From positions 1-44,276 of IMG/VR virus record IMGVR_UViG_3300038393_001496: a stretch of 44,276 nucleotides of DNA; one strand, written 5' to 3'. A program made the position numbers and the translations under genes. Shown here in pieces: positions 1-7,589 of the stretch. The notes under the pieces were generated by a model, which made no database searches, was not told where the DNA came from, and was given only the letters and a program-made list of their open reading frames with translations. How positions within the stretch are numbered: the first letter of the stretch is position 1; every line of letters begins with the position of its first letter. This DNA comes from a virus (lineage: Duplodnaviria > Caudoviricetes).

Positions 1-96
1 ATAGACGTCAGCGACCTCAGGTACAGAGAGCCGCCCACAGTCGGGTTGAAGCCCTCGGGGATAGACGTCAGCGACCTCAGGTACAGAGAGCCGCCC
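1..96. repeat. Terminal direct overlap with 44181-44276 (circular junction inside the tandem array)
   Basis: Exact 96-nt identity read from the sequence. Confidence 0.95.
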
Positions 97-273
97 ACAG
101 TCGGGTTGAAGCCCTCGGGGATAGACGTCAGCGAACTCAGGTACAGAGAGCCGCCCACAGTCGGGTTGAAGCCCTCGGGGATAGACGTCAGCGAACTCAG
201 GTACAGATCACCGCCCACAGTCGGGTTGAAGCCCTCGGGGATAGACGTCAGCGAACTCAGGTACAGAGAGCCG
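1..273. repeat. 60-bp tandem repeat array, left part
   Basis: Unit ATAGACGTCAGCGAmCTCAGGTACAGAkmrCCGCCCACAGTCGGGTTGAAGCCCTCGGGG repeated about 4.5 times. Confidence 0.97.
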
Positions 274-329
274 TCGATCTTTTCTTTACCGGAAAACTGA
301 CTAGAAGATAATTTGTCAACGGAATACAT
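1..329 (-). CDS. 5' part of 20-aa LRR-like repeat protein (continues at 44276..43454)
   Basis: ATG at 329, 10 nt after the exonuclease stop; MYSVDKLSSSQFSGKEKIDG-SLYLSSLTSIPEGFNPTVGG...; same repeat reading as the 43454..44218 ORF; not in the ORF track because it runs off the edge. Confidence 0.88.
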   Translation of the reverse strand, partial: MYSVDKLSSSQFSGKEKIDGSLYLSSLTSIPEGFNPTVGGDLYLSSLTSIPEGFNPTVGGSLYLSSLTSIPEGFNPTVGGSLYLRSLTSIPEGFNPTVGGSLYLRSLTS

Positions 330-339
330 GGATATGTGT

Positions 340-1008
340 TTAGTTTGATGATTGGATGTCTCCGAATAAGTACCACCACTTGAATGCTAATTCCTCGTAC
401 TTGGCCCGGCCGTCACGATAGATCTCGCTGTCACGTTTCACCGGTATTTTGAATACTTTGTAGTTGATCTTCGAAATGAAAATCAATACATCGTTAGAGC
501 GGCCTTCTAGATCCATATACCAGGCGCGTGAACGGTCATAATTGAAATACCTCACTGCTTCTTCGCACTGCTTTTGTGTGGTGCATACAGTGCTCTTGAT
601 GTCGCCGCCCAGGTCAAACTTTTCGCAGAACAAATCCCATTTGGCCTTGGCCGGCAGCGCGAACTTGAAGGTCCCGTAGCGGATCCTGAACTGGGGCTGA
701 TAGCTGATGCGCTGGAAGCTGCAGTGCTGCATCATCTGCCGGCAGAACTCGTCACGGTAGAATGCCTTCTTCATCTCCTCGGCGCGGGCGAAGTCGTCAC
801 CAGTATACCGTATTCCTTCCACCTGGTGCGTGAAGTAGTTCACCCGGTGCGGCTCGGTGATCATAGCATCTATGAGATTGCCGAAGCGGTACGCCTGCTC
901 CAGGTCTATTACCTGCTTCTGCGGCAGCCAGTATTTCTCCAGCCACGTCAGGTCGGAGTTGGCCACGGCAGGGAAGGCCCTGTAGTTATCTGCACAGATG
1001 GTTTGCAT
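340..1008 (-). CDS. PD-(D/E)XK RecE/exonuclease VIII-like (DUF3799-like) protein
   Basis: Y..FPAVANSDL, FGNLIDAMITEP, KAKWD...DIKST motifs; lies in the RecT module. Confidence 0.75.
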   Translation of the reverse strand: MQTICADNYRAFPAVANSDLTWLEKYWLPQKQVIDLEQAYRFGNLIDAMITEPHRVNYFTHQVEGIRYTGDDFARAEEMKKAFYRDEFCRQMMQHCSFQRISYQPQFRIRYGTFKFALPAKAKWDLFCEKFDLGGDIKSTVCTTQKQCEEAVRYFNYDRSRAWYMDLEGRSNDVLIFISKINYKVFKIPVKRDSEIYRDGRAKYEELAFKWWYLFGDIQSSN

Positions 1009-1011
1009 GGC

Positions 1012-2241
1012 CTACGCTGCAGCTGTTGATTTACGGTTGACAGCCTTGTAGGTCGGCTCGTAGCTCAGATACTGGCTTTCGATCTTCTCACCCTGCTTGT
1101 GTGCGTAGGTCTCGCAGAAGGTCTTGATGGACTCCAGCTTCTTGGCGCCGAACTTGTCCAGGCCGAGCTTTATGCCTTCCTTCTGGAACCAGAACTGGAA
1201 CATCAGTACCCATGCACCCTGGTGGTTGACGACAATCTCATATCCCTGCCGCGTCTCCGGAGCAGCAGAAGGAGCCGCCTCGGCAACATCAGAGAACAGC
1301 GCCAGCGTCTCGTCCTGAGACTTCCGCGCCGCAATGGCTTCCTCCTCACGCTTCAGGCGGGCTTCCTCCTCGCGCTTCAGACGTTCTGCTTCCTCCTGCT
1401 CCCGGCGCAGACGCTCCTCCTCGAGGTGCTGCTTCTGATCGGCATCGGCCTTAGCGAGCTGCTCCAGCTCGTGACGCTTGGAGGGAAGCCGGTCAATCAG
1501 CGCCTGCTTCAGCTGGCCAAGCTCCTCGGTATAAATGGTACAGAAATCGCCATATCTGCCTGCGGTAACGCTGATGATAATCTGCTCCAGCTCCTCCGGA
1601 GTGTGCAGCCGGCTGACCAGCGCATGGTGGAAAGCGGTAAAATGCTCGTAAGAATAAGCGGGCGTGTAGCCGAGCAGGGATGCCTTCCTGCCTTCGAATG
1701 TCTCCAGCGTGATGGCATTGAACAGTGCCTGAACCCTGTTCTTCTCCGCAGTGACCGCTTCAGAGAAATGCCGGCTCAGACGGCGGTCGCACTCAGCTTT
1801 CAGCTCTGCAGCTTCCTTTTCCTTAGCTGCCTTGCGCGCCGCTTCTTCCTGCCGGCGCTGTTCTTCCTCGGCCTTCTGACGCGCATACTTGTTGCGCTCG
1901 TCCTGGATAAGGAATGCCTTAGTTCCCGGTGCTTTCACATCCAGCCGGCGCTCCTCCTGGGTAAAGAGCTTCTTTACCTCGTCCATGATTTGCGTAATCG
2001 GCTTGCGCGATTCCGTCAGCTCCTTCAGGCGCGTGTTGGCCTGAACGATGTAATCGTTGCACAGCTTGTCGAGCTCGGGGTTAAGACCTCCGGCTTCCCT
2101 GATTTTACTAAGGACCATGTCGCCGACCTGCTCGGCCTTCTGCGCAACGGTGACGTGGTTGGCCACGACCGCTGCCCCATCCACGAACGTCTCGATGGAC
2201 TTATTGTAGACCTCAATAGAGGAGGTTGATTGAGCTTCCAT
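1012..2241 (-). CDS. Coiled-coil protein of the recombination module
   Basis: 409 aa, E/K/R/A-rich helical heptads, between recT and the exonuclease. Confidence 0.75.
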   Translation of the reverse strand: MEAQSTSSIEVYNKSIETFVDGAAVVANHVTVAQKAEQVGDMVLSKIREAGGLNPELDKLCNDYIVQANTRLKELTESRKPITQIMDEVKKLFTQEERRLDVKAPGTKAFLIQDERNKYARQKAEEEQRRQEEAARKAAKEKEAAELKAECDRRLSRHFSEAVTAEKNRVQALFNAITLETFEGRKASLLGYTPAYSYEHFTAFHHALVSRLHTPEELEQIIISVTAGRYGDFCTIYTEELGQLKQALIDRLPSKRHELEQLAKADADQKQHLEEERLRREQEEAERLKREEEARLKREEEAIAARKSQDETLALFSDVAEAAPSAAPETRQGYEIVVNHQGAWVLMFQFWFQKEGIKLGLDKFGAKKLESIKTFCETYAHKQGEKIESQYLSYEPTYKAVNRKSTAAA

Positions 2242-2288
2242 AAGCTTGAATTATTTCTATGATGTTTGGGTGAAAAAGAGGTTTGGGA

Positions 2289-3239
2289 TCAGAAATCCAT
2301 GGCCAGGCCGTTGCTTACCGGCGCCGGCTGCTGCAACTGCTGCGGCTGCATTTGCGGGGCGACATTGTTCAGCGGCATCTGCCACTCGTCCGGAAGGTCC
2401 TGCTGCGGGATGTAGTTGGGCAGCTGCTGAGGTGCCTGGTAGGATTGCTGCAGGACAGGTTGATCAGGAGCCAGCTCCGCTTCCTCGTCAATGGTTTCGG
2501 ATGCCAGGCGCGAGAATTCACCCATGCGCACCTTCGGATAATTCTTGAAGGCATGCTTAATGGTCTTCGCTTCCACCATGCCCTTCAGTCCGTCCGTCCA
2601 GGCCTTGCTGTTCGGATCCTTGCTGAACTTCTTCAGGCGCATGATGTCTTCCATCGCCATCACCTTGTAGTCCTTACTGCCATCGTGACGCGTAATGCAG
2701 ATGTAGGATGCGATGATAGTGTCGCTCTGGCGCGGAATGCAGGCCATATGCTCGACGATGGTGCGGCCATCGCGGCAGCCGTAACGGAACTCGTCACCCT
2801 GAAAAACAACAACAGGATTGTCAGCATACTTAACTTGCCCTTGGATCTGGCGCAGCAGCAGCTCACCAATACCAGATATCTGAAGCGCCGCGCGTTTCTC
2901 CCACTTCGGCGCTTCCTTGGTGCCTACGTTGATATTGTAAGGCACGATGTACAGGTGCTTCATCGAAGGGTCGAAAGACAGGCCTGACACCGCTACGTCC
3001 ATGAAGATGCCGTAAAGAGAGAGCTTGGTGCAGCTCTGCAGATTCGGGCTATCGTTGACCAGCTTCAGGAAGTGAAACTTCTCCGCCGTGTAGAAAGCAT
3101 CAGCCACGCGCGCGTCTTTGATGCCGTGCACCACTCTGTACAGGTCCTTGAAGCGGTCAGCCACCTGCGGGCTGTCGATGAGTTGGGATGGCGATGCAGT
3201 CTGTATCAGTTGCATCAGATTTTGAGGTTGCTCGTTCAT
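2289..3239 (-). CDS. recT: RecT-family single-strand annealing recombinase
   Basis: LQSCTKLSL, GLSFDP..LYIVPY, LQISGIG, VVFQGDEF, AWTD..GMVEAKTIKHAFK; Q/P-rich tail. Confidence 0.88.
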   Translation of the reverse strand: MNEQPQNLMQLIQTASPSQLIDSPQVADRFKDLYRVVHGIKDARVADAFYTAEKFHFLKLVNDSPNLQSCTKLSLYGIFMDVAVSGLSFDPSMKHLYIVPYNINVGTKEAPKWEKRAALQISGIGELLLRQIQGQVKYADNPVVVFQGDEFRYGCRDGRTIVEHMACIPRQSDTIIASYICITRHDGSKDYKVMAMEDIMRLKKFSKDPNSKAWTDGLKGMVEAKTIKHAFKNYPKVRMGEFSRLASETIDEEAELAPDQPVLQQSYQAPQQLPNYIPQQDLPDEWQMPLNNVAPQMQPQQLQQPAPVSNGLAMDF

Positions 3240-3275
3240 GATGGATTTGATTTTGAAAGAGGTTTATGAATGGGA

Positions 3276-3485
3276 TTAGAACATCTGGAAGTCGCGCACT
3301 GCGGGCTGGAGCACCTGCCCGGTGAGCTGGAAGTAGTTGGCTAAGCACTCCTTCAGCTCTGTGTGCTCGGCCTGCGTAATCTTTGTGATGTCGCCGTTGT
3401 GACGGCTGTAGATGGCATCTGCATGCGCCTGCAGTTGCTCAGGGCTCATTTCCCGGATGAGGGCTTTTTGAGAGACTGTTTGCAT
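3276..3485 (-). CDS. Hypothetical protein
   Basis: Co-oriented 69-aa ORF with A-rich start context. Confidence 0.7.
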   Translation of the reverse strand: MQTVSQKALIREMSPEQLQAHADAIYSRHNGDITKITQAEHTELKECLANYFQLTGQVLQPAVRDFQMF

Positions 3486-3570
3486 TTGTATGGATTTTTG
3501 GGGTGAAGCGATTTAGGACGAGTGCTGTTCCCGGTGATCAGGAGTACCAGATACCAGAAGAGAAAGCGGA

Positions 3571-3891
3571 TCATGCGGGTTGCAGTTCAGGAGTGATCGC
3601 CTTGGCGTATTCCCGGATGCTATGGCGCATCTGATATACCTGGTCGCGGAAATCTCCCAATGCGGCAAAGGCATTTCCCATGCGGACCGTGAATTCACGC
3701 TCCAGTGCTTCGCTGGTCATCCTGCTCCAGCAAGCAGAGCTGAATCCGCTGATCTCGCGCAGATCCAGCTCGCCTTCCATATCGCGGGCCTCATCCAACT
3801 GCCGGTTCGCGCTGTTGAGCAGGCAGGACATGTTGTGCACGAATTCTTCCTGCTGGCGTATGAATTCCTGGAGCGCCTGGATCTGGTTCAC
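3571..3891 (-). CDS. Hypothetical helical protein (probable GTG start at 3891)
   Basis: Part of the 3571..4074 ORF that does not overlap the upstream gene; start inferred. Confidence 0.55.
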   Translation of the reverse strand: MNQIQALQEFIRQQEEFVHNMSCLLNSANRQLDEARDMEGELDLREISGFSSACWSRMTSEALEREFTVRMGNAFAALGDFRDQVYQMRHSIREYAKAITPELQPA

Positions 3892-3902
3892 TACATCCGG
3901 AT

Positions 3903-4340
3903 TTAATAGTGAAAAGAAGGCTCCAGCTGTTGGTACTGCCAGCTGGCATATTGCTGACTGCTGGCGCTGCCTGGTTGTACATTCGGAGGCTGCGGCGACT
4001 CCTGGTAGTAGCTCGACAGGCGACTCCTCAGGAACTCGGTGCGCTCCAGAGTCACGCAATCGACTTCCTTGCACCAGTATTCGATGCAGCTCTCCCGCTT
4101 TTGATCTTCGATCCAGTTCAGAAACACGCGCGTTGCTGTCGCGGCGAATGTGTTTTGCAGCAGCCGGCTCATACCGGTATCACTTAAAGTGTGCGGCACA
4201 TTCAGACGTTGCAGAAACAGCGAGAAATCACGATAGCTGTATTCTTTCATTTCCTGACTCCCGTCTGTGCGCATGATATGTGCGCGGATAATGGAACCTT
4301 TTTCCACCTCCTGATTGAAAACCTTGAGTACTTTTGCCAT
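3903..4340 (-). CDS. Hypothetical early protein
   Basis: 145-aa ORF with AAACAAAATCC-ATG start context. Confidence 0.7.
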   Translation of the reverse strand: MAKVLKVFNQEVEKGSIIRAHIMRTDGSQEMKEYSYRDFSLFLQRLNVPHTLSDTGMSRLLQNTFAATATRVFLNWIEDQKRESCIEYWCKEVDCVTLERTEFLRSRLSSYYQESPQPPNVQPGSASSQQYASWQYQQLEPSFHY

Positions 4341-4378
4341 GGATTTTGTTTATTGGGCATCTGCCCGGTGAACGAATC

Positions 4379-4406
4379 GGCTCCTGTTCGCGCAGGGGCC
4401 TTTTTT
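4379..4406 (+). terminator. Intrinsic terminator-like hairpin, U-tract on + strand
   Basis: GGCTCCTG-ttcgcg-CAGGGGCC-TTTTTT. Confidence 0.55.
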
Positions 4407-4629
4407 ATTTCAAAGTCTTTTTGGCCATCTTCTTGCCGAAGCGGACACTGCTGTCAGCGGCCACCTTCTCTTTTCGCTTGGACTCCCTCGGAGAAGCCGG
4501 AGAGTCGATACCCTCCAGCTTCTTTCTGAGTGAGTAGCTCCGTTGGCGCAGCAGCTCTATCCCTGCGGCATATGCCTGAGCATCTGCCTCGATGCTGCGC
4601 AATTCCTTTATGATCGCTGTTGCGTCCAT
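4405..4629 (-). CDS. Small basic coiled-coil protein
   Basis: MDATAIIKELRS... starts 2 nt after the upstream stop. Confidence 0.65.
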   Translation of the reverse strand: MDATAIIKELRSIEADAQAYAAGIELLRQRSYSLRKKLEGIDSPASPRESKRKEKVAADSSVRFGKKMAKKTLK

Positions 4630-4631
4630 TG

Positions 4632-5111
4632 CTATTTGCTTTTTGCCCTCGCGATAATGCCCCACACACGGCGGCGGATAGCCGACTCCGTACTCATGCG
4701 GTTGCTGATCGTCTCATGCGCTTTGATGGCACCAGTACGTGTCAGCCCGACCTGTGCACCGGCCTTTTCCGGTGACAATTGCATTTCGACGATCAGAGCG
4801 AAAACAGCTACCTGGCGCGCTTCGATCTCTTCCTTTGTCTTCGGAGCCTTGATCTGGATGGTCGTTGTCTTATAGTCTTCTGCGATCAGCTTAAGCAGGC
4901 TGTCTACTGTCGGATCCTCCACGTCTTCGGCCAGGGCGGCTTCCGCGCGGGCGACTACATTTTCCCAGGCATAGCCGTTACGGATCATGTCCTTGAATGT
5001 TCGGCGGTCGATGCCGGATTTGGTCAGGAAAGGCTTCTGTGCTCCATGCATGGAGTCGATCTTCTTGAGTCTGGCCAGCGTCTCCGCTGAAAGCTCTTTT
5101 GGTACAATCAT
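4632..5111 (-). CDS. Cro-position regulator: N-terminal HTH plus C-terminal DnaA-domain-IV-like HTH
   Basis: Divergent from repressor; KPFLTKSGIDRRTFKDMIRNG HTH-like; LKLIAEDY...EIEARQVAVF..SPEKAGAQVG..GAIKAHETI resembles Bac_DnaA_C. Confidence 0.65.
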   Translation of the reverse strand: MIVPKELSAETLARLKKIDSMHGAQKPFLTKSGIDRRTFKDMIRNGYAWENVVARAEAALAEDVEDPTVDSLLKLIAEDYKTTTIQIKAPKTKEEIEARQVAVFALIVEMQLSPEKAGAQVGLTRTGAIKAHETISNRMSTESAIRRRVWGIIARAKSK

Positions 5112-5174
5112 TGCCGTTCTGCTATTTTTACTTTCTCTTTTCGCTCCCGATTCAGTATTAGAATAGCAAAGGAA

Positions 5175-5188
5175 TGGAAGTTTTTCCA
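5175..5188. promoter_or_regulatory. Repressor operator O1 (TGGAAGTTTTTCCA)
   Basis: Palindrome TGGAA-N4-TTCCA in the divergent intergenic region; three copies found. Confidence 0.8.
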
Positions 5189-5205
5189 AAAATGCAATGC
5201 CTAAA

Positions 5206-5219
5206 TGGAAATTTTTCCA
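5206..5219. promoter_or_regulatory. Repressor operator O2 (TGGAAATTTTTCCA)
   Basis: Same palindrome 31 bp from O1. Confidence 0.8.
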
Positions 5220-5225
5220 TCAAAG

Positions 5226-5234
5226 TTATCCACA
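5226..5234 (+). promoter_or_regulatory. Consensus DnaA box TTATCCACA
   Basis: Exact 9-mer between O2 and the probable repressor ATG; function inferred. Confidence 0.5.
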
Positions 5235-5249
5235 CCCCCGACGTATCAT

Positions 5250-5876
5250 ATGGATATAGGAAAAAGCATCGCTAAAAAGCGGATTGACAGTCAACTAACT
5301 GTTGTTGCGCTGAGTGAATTGCTCAGCATACCAAAAGACCGGATTTACAAATGGGAGAAGGGCCAAGGCGCCCCTAAGCATGAGGATCGGAAAAAAATTG
5401 ACGCTTGGTTGAATGGAAGTTTTTCCAACGCCACGCAGGATGCGAATGATTCGAGCCTCAATATTTGGCAGCAGAAATATTATGATTCGCTGGAAACAAA
5501 TAACGAATCACTTCGAAAGGCGGTTGACGCAGCCGCTAACGCGGTTAATGCGATCAACTCAATCAGTCAGCATATCGCTTCTAATTCAGATGCCTTCCTA
5601 AAAACTTTAGAAGGTCGGGATGAAAAATTGCAATCGCTGTTGGAACGGGCTCTCCCAGCGGTTGGCGATCTGCGCGCCTATCAAGACGCTGTTGAAGAAC
5701 ACGAAGCACGATTAGACGACCTTTTCGACTGGATTTTGGAGAATTTGAATTCCGAAGAGGCTTTGCGCTACATGTGGCAAAACCGTGCAGATAGAATCCC
5801 GCACGATCTCTACAAAAGGACTCTCCCGTTGCGTGAAAAGAAAAGGCAGGACATTCTTGCCTCCCAGGGCAGTTAG
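5250..5876 (+). CDS. XRE-family HTH phage repressor (CI-like; no S24 peptidase domain seen)
   Basis: IGKSIAKKRIDSQLTVVALSELLSIPKDRIYKWEKG; coiled-coil C-terminus; position in the divergent switch. Confidence 0.82.
   Translation: MDIGKSIAKKRIDSQLTVVALSELLSIPKDRIYKWEKGQGAPKHEDRKKIDAWLNGSFSNATQDANDSSLNIWQQKYYDSLETNNESLRKAVDAAANAVNAINSISQHIASNSDAFLKTLEGRDEKLQSLLERALPAVGDLRAYQDAVEEHEARLDDLFDWILENLNSEEALRYMWQNRADRIPHDLYKRTLPLREKKRQDILASQGS
5414..5427. promoter_or_regulatory. Operator O3 inside the repressor gene
   Basis: Identical to O1, including upstream GAA. Confidence 0.7.
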
Positions 5877-5982
5877 TACACTTGCTAATCGGCAGTTGAA
5901 TCTTTCGGCCAGTCATTTGATCGGTAGTTGAAACGCTAATAAACAATTCCTCTTTGCACCCTATTTGCAAGCAATATTAATC

Positions 5983-6756
5983 ATGAGACCTCTTCTCTAC
6001 CTTCCGATCGTTATTTTATTGCCTATTTCTCTCGCCGCGCAGCGGTCACAGGTATTCGGCACCCTTACAGATCGATTGGATTCATTTCAATACGAGGGGA
6101 AGTATATTAAGCCCGGCGATGAAATCTCGCTCATCAACGGTGACAAGGGAATCGTAAAGCGGATTGACCAGCGGAATTACAATGGTATAGTCCTGACGTT
6201 CGCTATTACCAAGAAAGGCTGGCAAGTCCCTTTGGATAGTGTCAGCAAATCCGTATTTCTTAATAGATCTGGTACTGAATCAAAATCCTCGGATAGCTAT
6301 ACTGCATCCAACGGGATAACTTATAAGGTGGGCGACGACGTGATATTGGGGCGCGGCTCAGCCCCCAGCGGCGACTTCCGGTATCTCAATCTCGGCGGCT
6401 GGGGTGCTGTTATGAGTTATGACTCTCATCGGGGGTCAAGCCAAGTGGATGTAGGTCGGGGGTATTCAGGGTTAAGCGTTCGCATCAAGCGCATCGTGCG
6501 TTCACACTATCGAGGGATTGAAAAAGTGATTTTTGTAGTAGGTGGCGGGAATATTACCAACTACTACCTCTACATCGAAGACGCCATTGCCACATGCGAG
6601 GTGAAAGATTGTAAGCAGCAGCCGGCCAATACTATAATCAATCAGCCACTATCGCCCGCCGACGAGATAGCGAAATACAAGAAGCTGCTGGATGCTGGAG
6701 CCATCACACAGCAGGAATATGATGCTCAAAAGAAGAAGCTGCTTGACCAGAAATAA
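5983..6756 (+). CDS. Secreted SHOCT-domain protein (lysogenic conversion)
   Basis: Signal peptide MRPLLYLPIVILLPISLAA|Q; C-terminal ADEIAKYKKLLDAGAITQQEYDAQKKKLL = SHOCT. Confidence 0.8.
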   Translation: MRPLLYLPIVILLPISLAAQRSQVFGTLTDRLDSFQYEGKYIKPGDEISLINGDKGIVKRIDQRNYNGIVLTFAITKKGWQVPLDSVSKSVFLNRSGTESKSSDSYTASNGITYKVGDDVILGRGSAPSGDFRYLNLGGWGAVMSYDSHRGSSQVDVGRGYSGLSVRIKRIVRSHYRGIEKVIFVVGGGNITNYYLYIEDAIATCEVKDCKQQPANTIINQPLSPADEIAKYKKLLDAGAITQQEYDAQKKKLLDQK

Positions 6757-6765
6757 TCGCAAAAA

Positions 6766-7296
6766 ATGATGAAACTTCTACTTATAGCCCTGTTGCTTCC
6801 CAAAATTGCTATGGCCCAATATGGAACTGCCGTAGTAAAATACTTACCCATTGACTCAGCGACAGGCAAGGCTGCATTCTCTCAAATTTTCAATGTCTAC
6901 AATAGAGATCAACATAGTGTATTGCGCTACGCCATCAACTATTGCAAAGCTCAGAACCTTCCGTACCAGGTTGATTCGACATCCGGTATAGTCTCATCAA
7001 CCTGTTCCTTCTATATCCAAATGTCCCGGAACGATTGCATTCAGGATGTGAAGATCACCGGCAAGATGAACCTATATGCTAAGCTGGCCAGGACGCGAAT
7101 AGAGTTCACTGACCTTCATTATCGGGGGCTGACAACTTCCTGTCCCTCGGAGGGCTCCATAGAGGACCTTGCAAAGTGCGAAGCCTGCAGAAGGTTCTAT
7201 CCATTCTTTTCAGCCGTCCACGAACAATGCAATCGCGTTTGCGGCGACTACCATGATCATCTGAAAAAATCAGTCCGAGCAAAGGATGACTGGTAG
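6766..7296 (+). CDS. Secreted Cys-containing protein, DUF4468-like
   Basis: Signal peptide ...IAMA|Q; LPIDSATGK, RIEFTDL and KDDW C-terminus typical of Bacteroidota periplasmic proteins. Confidence 0.65.
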   Translation: MMKLLLIALLLPKIAMAQYGTAVVKYLPIDSATGKAAFSQIFNVYNRDQHSVLRYAINYCKAQNLPYQVDSTSGIVSSTCSFYIQMSRNDCIQDVKITGKMNLYAKLARTRIEFTDLHYRGLTTSCPSEGSIEDLAKCEACRRFYPFFSAVHEQCNRVCGDYHDHLKKSVRAKDDW

Positions 7297-7328
7297 CCGA
7301 CCTATAGAGGAAAACCGAAAAGTCAGCA

Positions 7329-7347
7329 CTAACAAAAAAGCTAACAA
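7329..7347 (+). repeat. Integrase arm-type site, left
   Basis: CTAACAAAAAAGCTAACAA, identical 19-mer at 7560-7578; each holds two CTAACAA units. Confidence 0.75.
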
Positions 7348-7436
7348 CCACCCTTAAACACAAAGCCATCTGATGGCGCTACGCACTCTACAGCCGTTGA
7401 AAATCAACACCTTTCTTTTCCGGTTTCGGTCGCATG

Positions 7437-7485
7437 CTGACTACGGATCAGAAGGTTTCAGGTTTGAATCCTGACGCGGTCACCA
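7437..7485 (+). other. attP: attP core: 3' portion of tRNA-Arg(ACG)
   Basis: CTGA-CTACGGA-TCAG anticodon arm, TCAGG-TTTGAAT-CCTGA T arm, CGCGGTC-A-CCA end; no 5' half; adjacent to integrase. Confidence 0.9.
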
Positions 7486-7524
7486 AGCCGGAAAGCAATA
7501 GTAGCAACGCTTTCCGGCTTTTTT
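7485..7524 (+). terminator. Intrinsic terminator after the attP tRNA fragment
   Basis: AAGCCGGAAAGC...GCTTTCCGGCTT-TTTT. Confidence 0.8.
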
Positions 7525-7559
7525 GTCGGTTTTCTGAGTGAGTAGCGATTCATCAATAG

Positions 7560-7578
7560 CTAACAAAAAAGCTAACAA
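7560..7578 (+). repeat. Integrase arm-type site, right
   Basis: Direct repeat of 7329-7347. Confidence 0.75.
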
Positions 7579-7589
7579 GATCTATCGCT

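Noticed and set aside
1-273. CRISPR array
   Set aside because: Units are contiguous 60-mers with no unique spacers, keep frame, and encode a protein on the minus strand; no cas genes
46-300. + strand 84-aa repeat ORF
   Set aside because: Antisense shadow of the minus-strand LRR-like gene
1099-2229. Long + strand ORFs (also 26518-27441, 25155-25943, 38116-38832)
   Set aside because: Antisense shadows of well-supported minus-strand genes, with no motifs
7437-7485. Functional tRNA-Arg gene
   Set aside because: 5' acceptor strand and D arm are missing; it is the attP core
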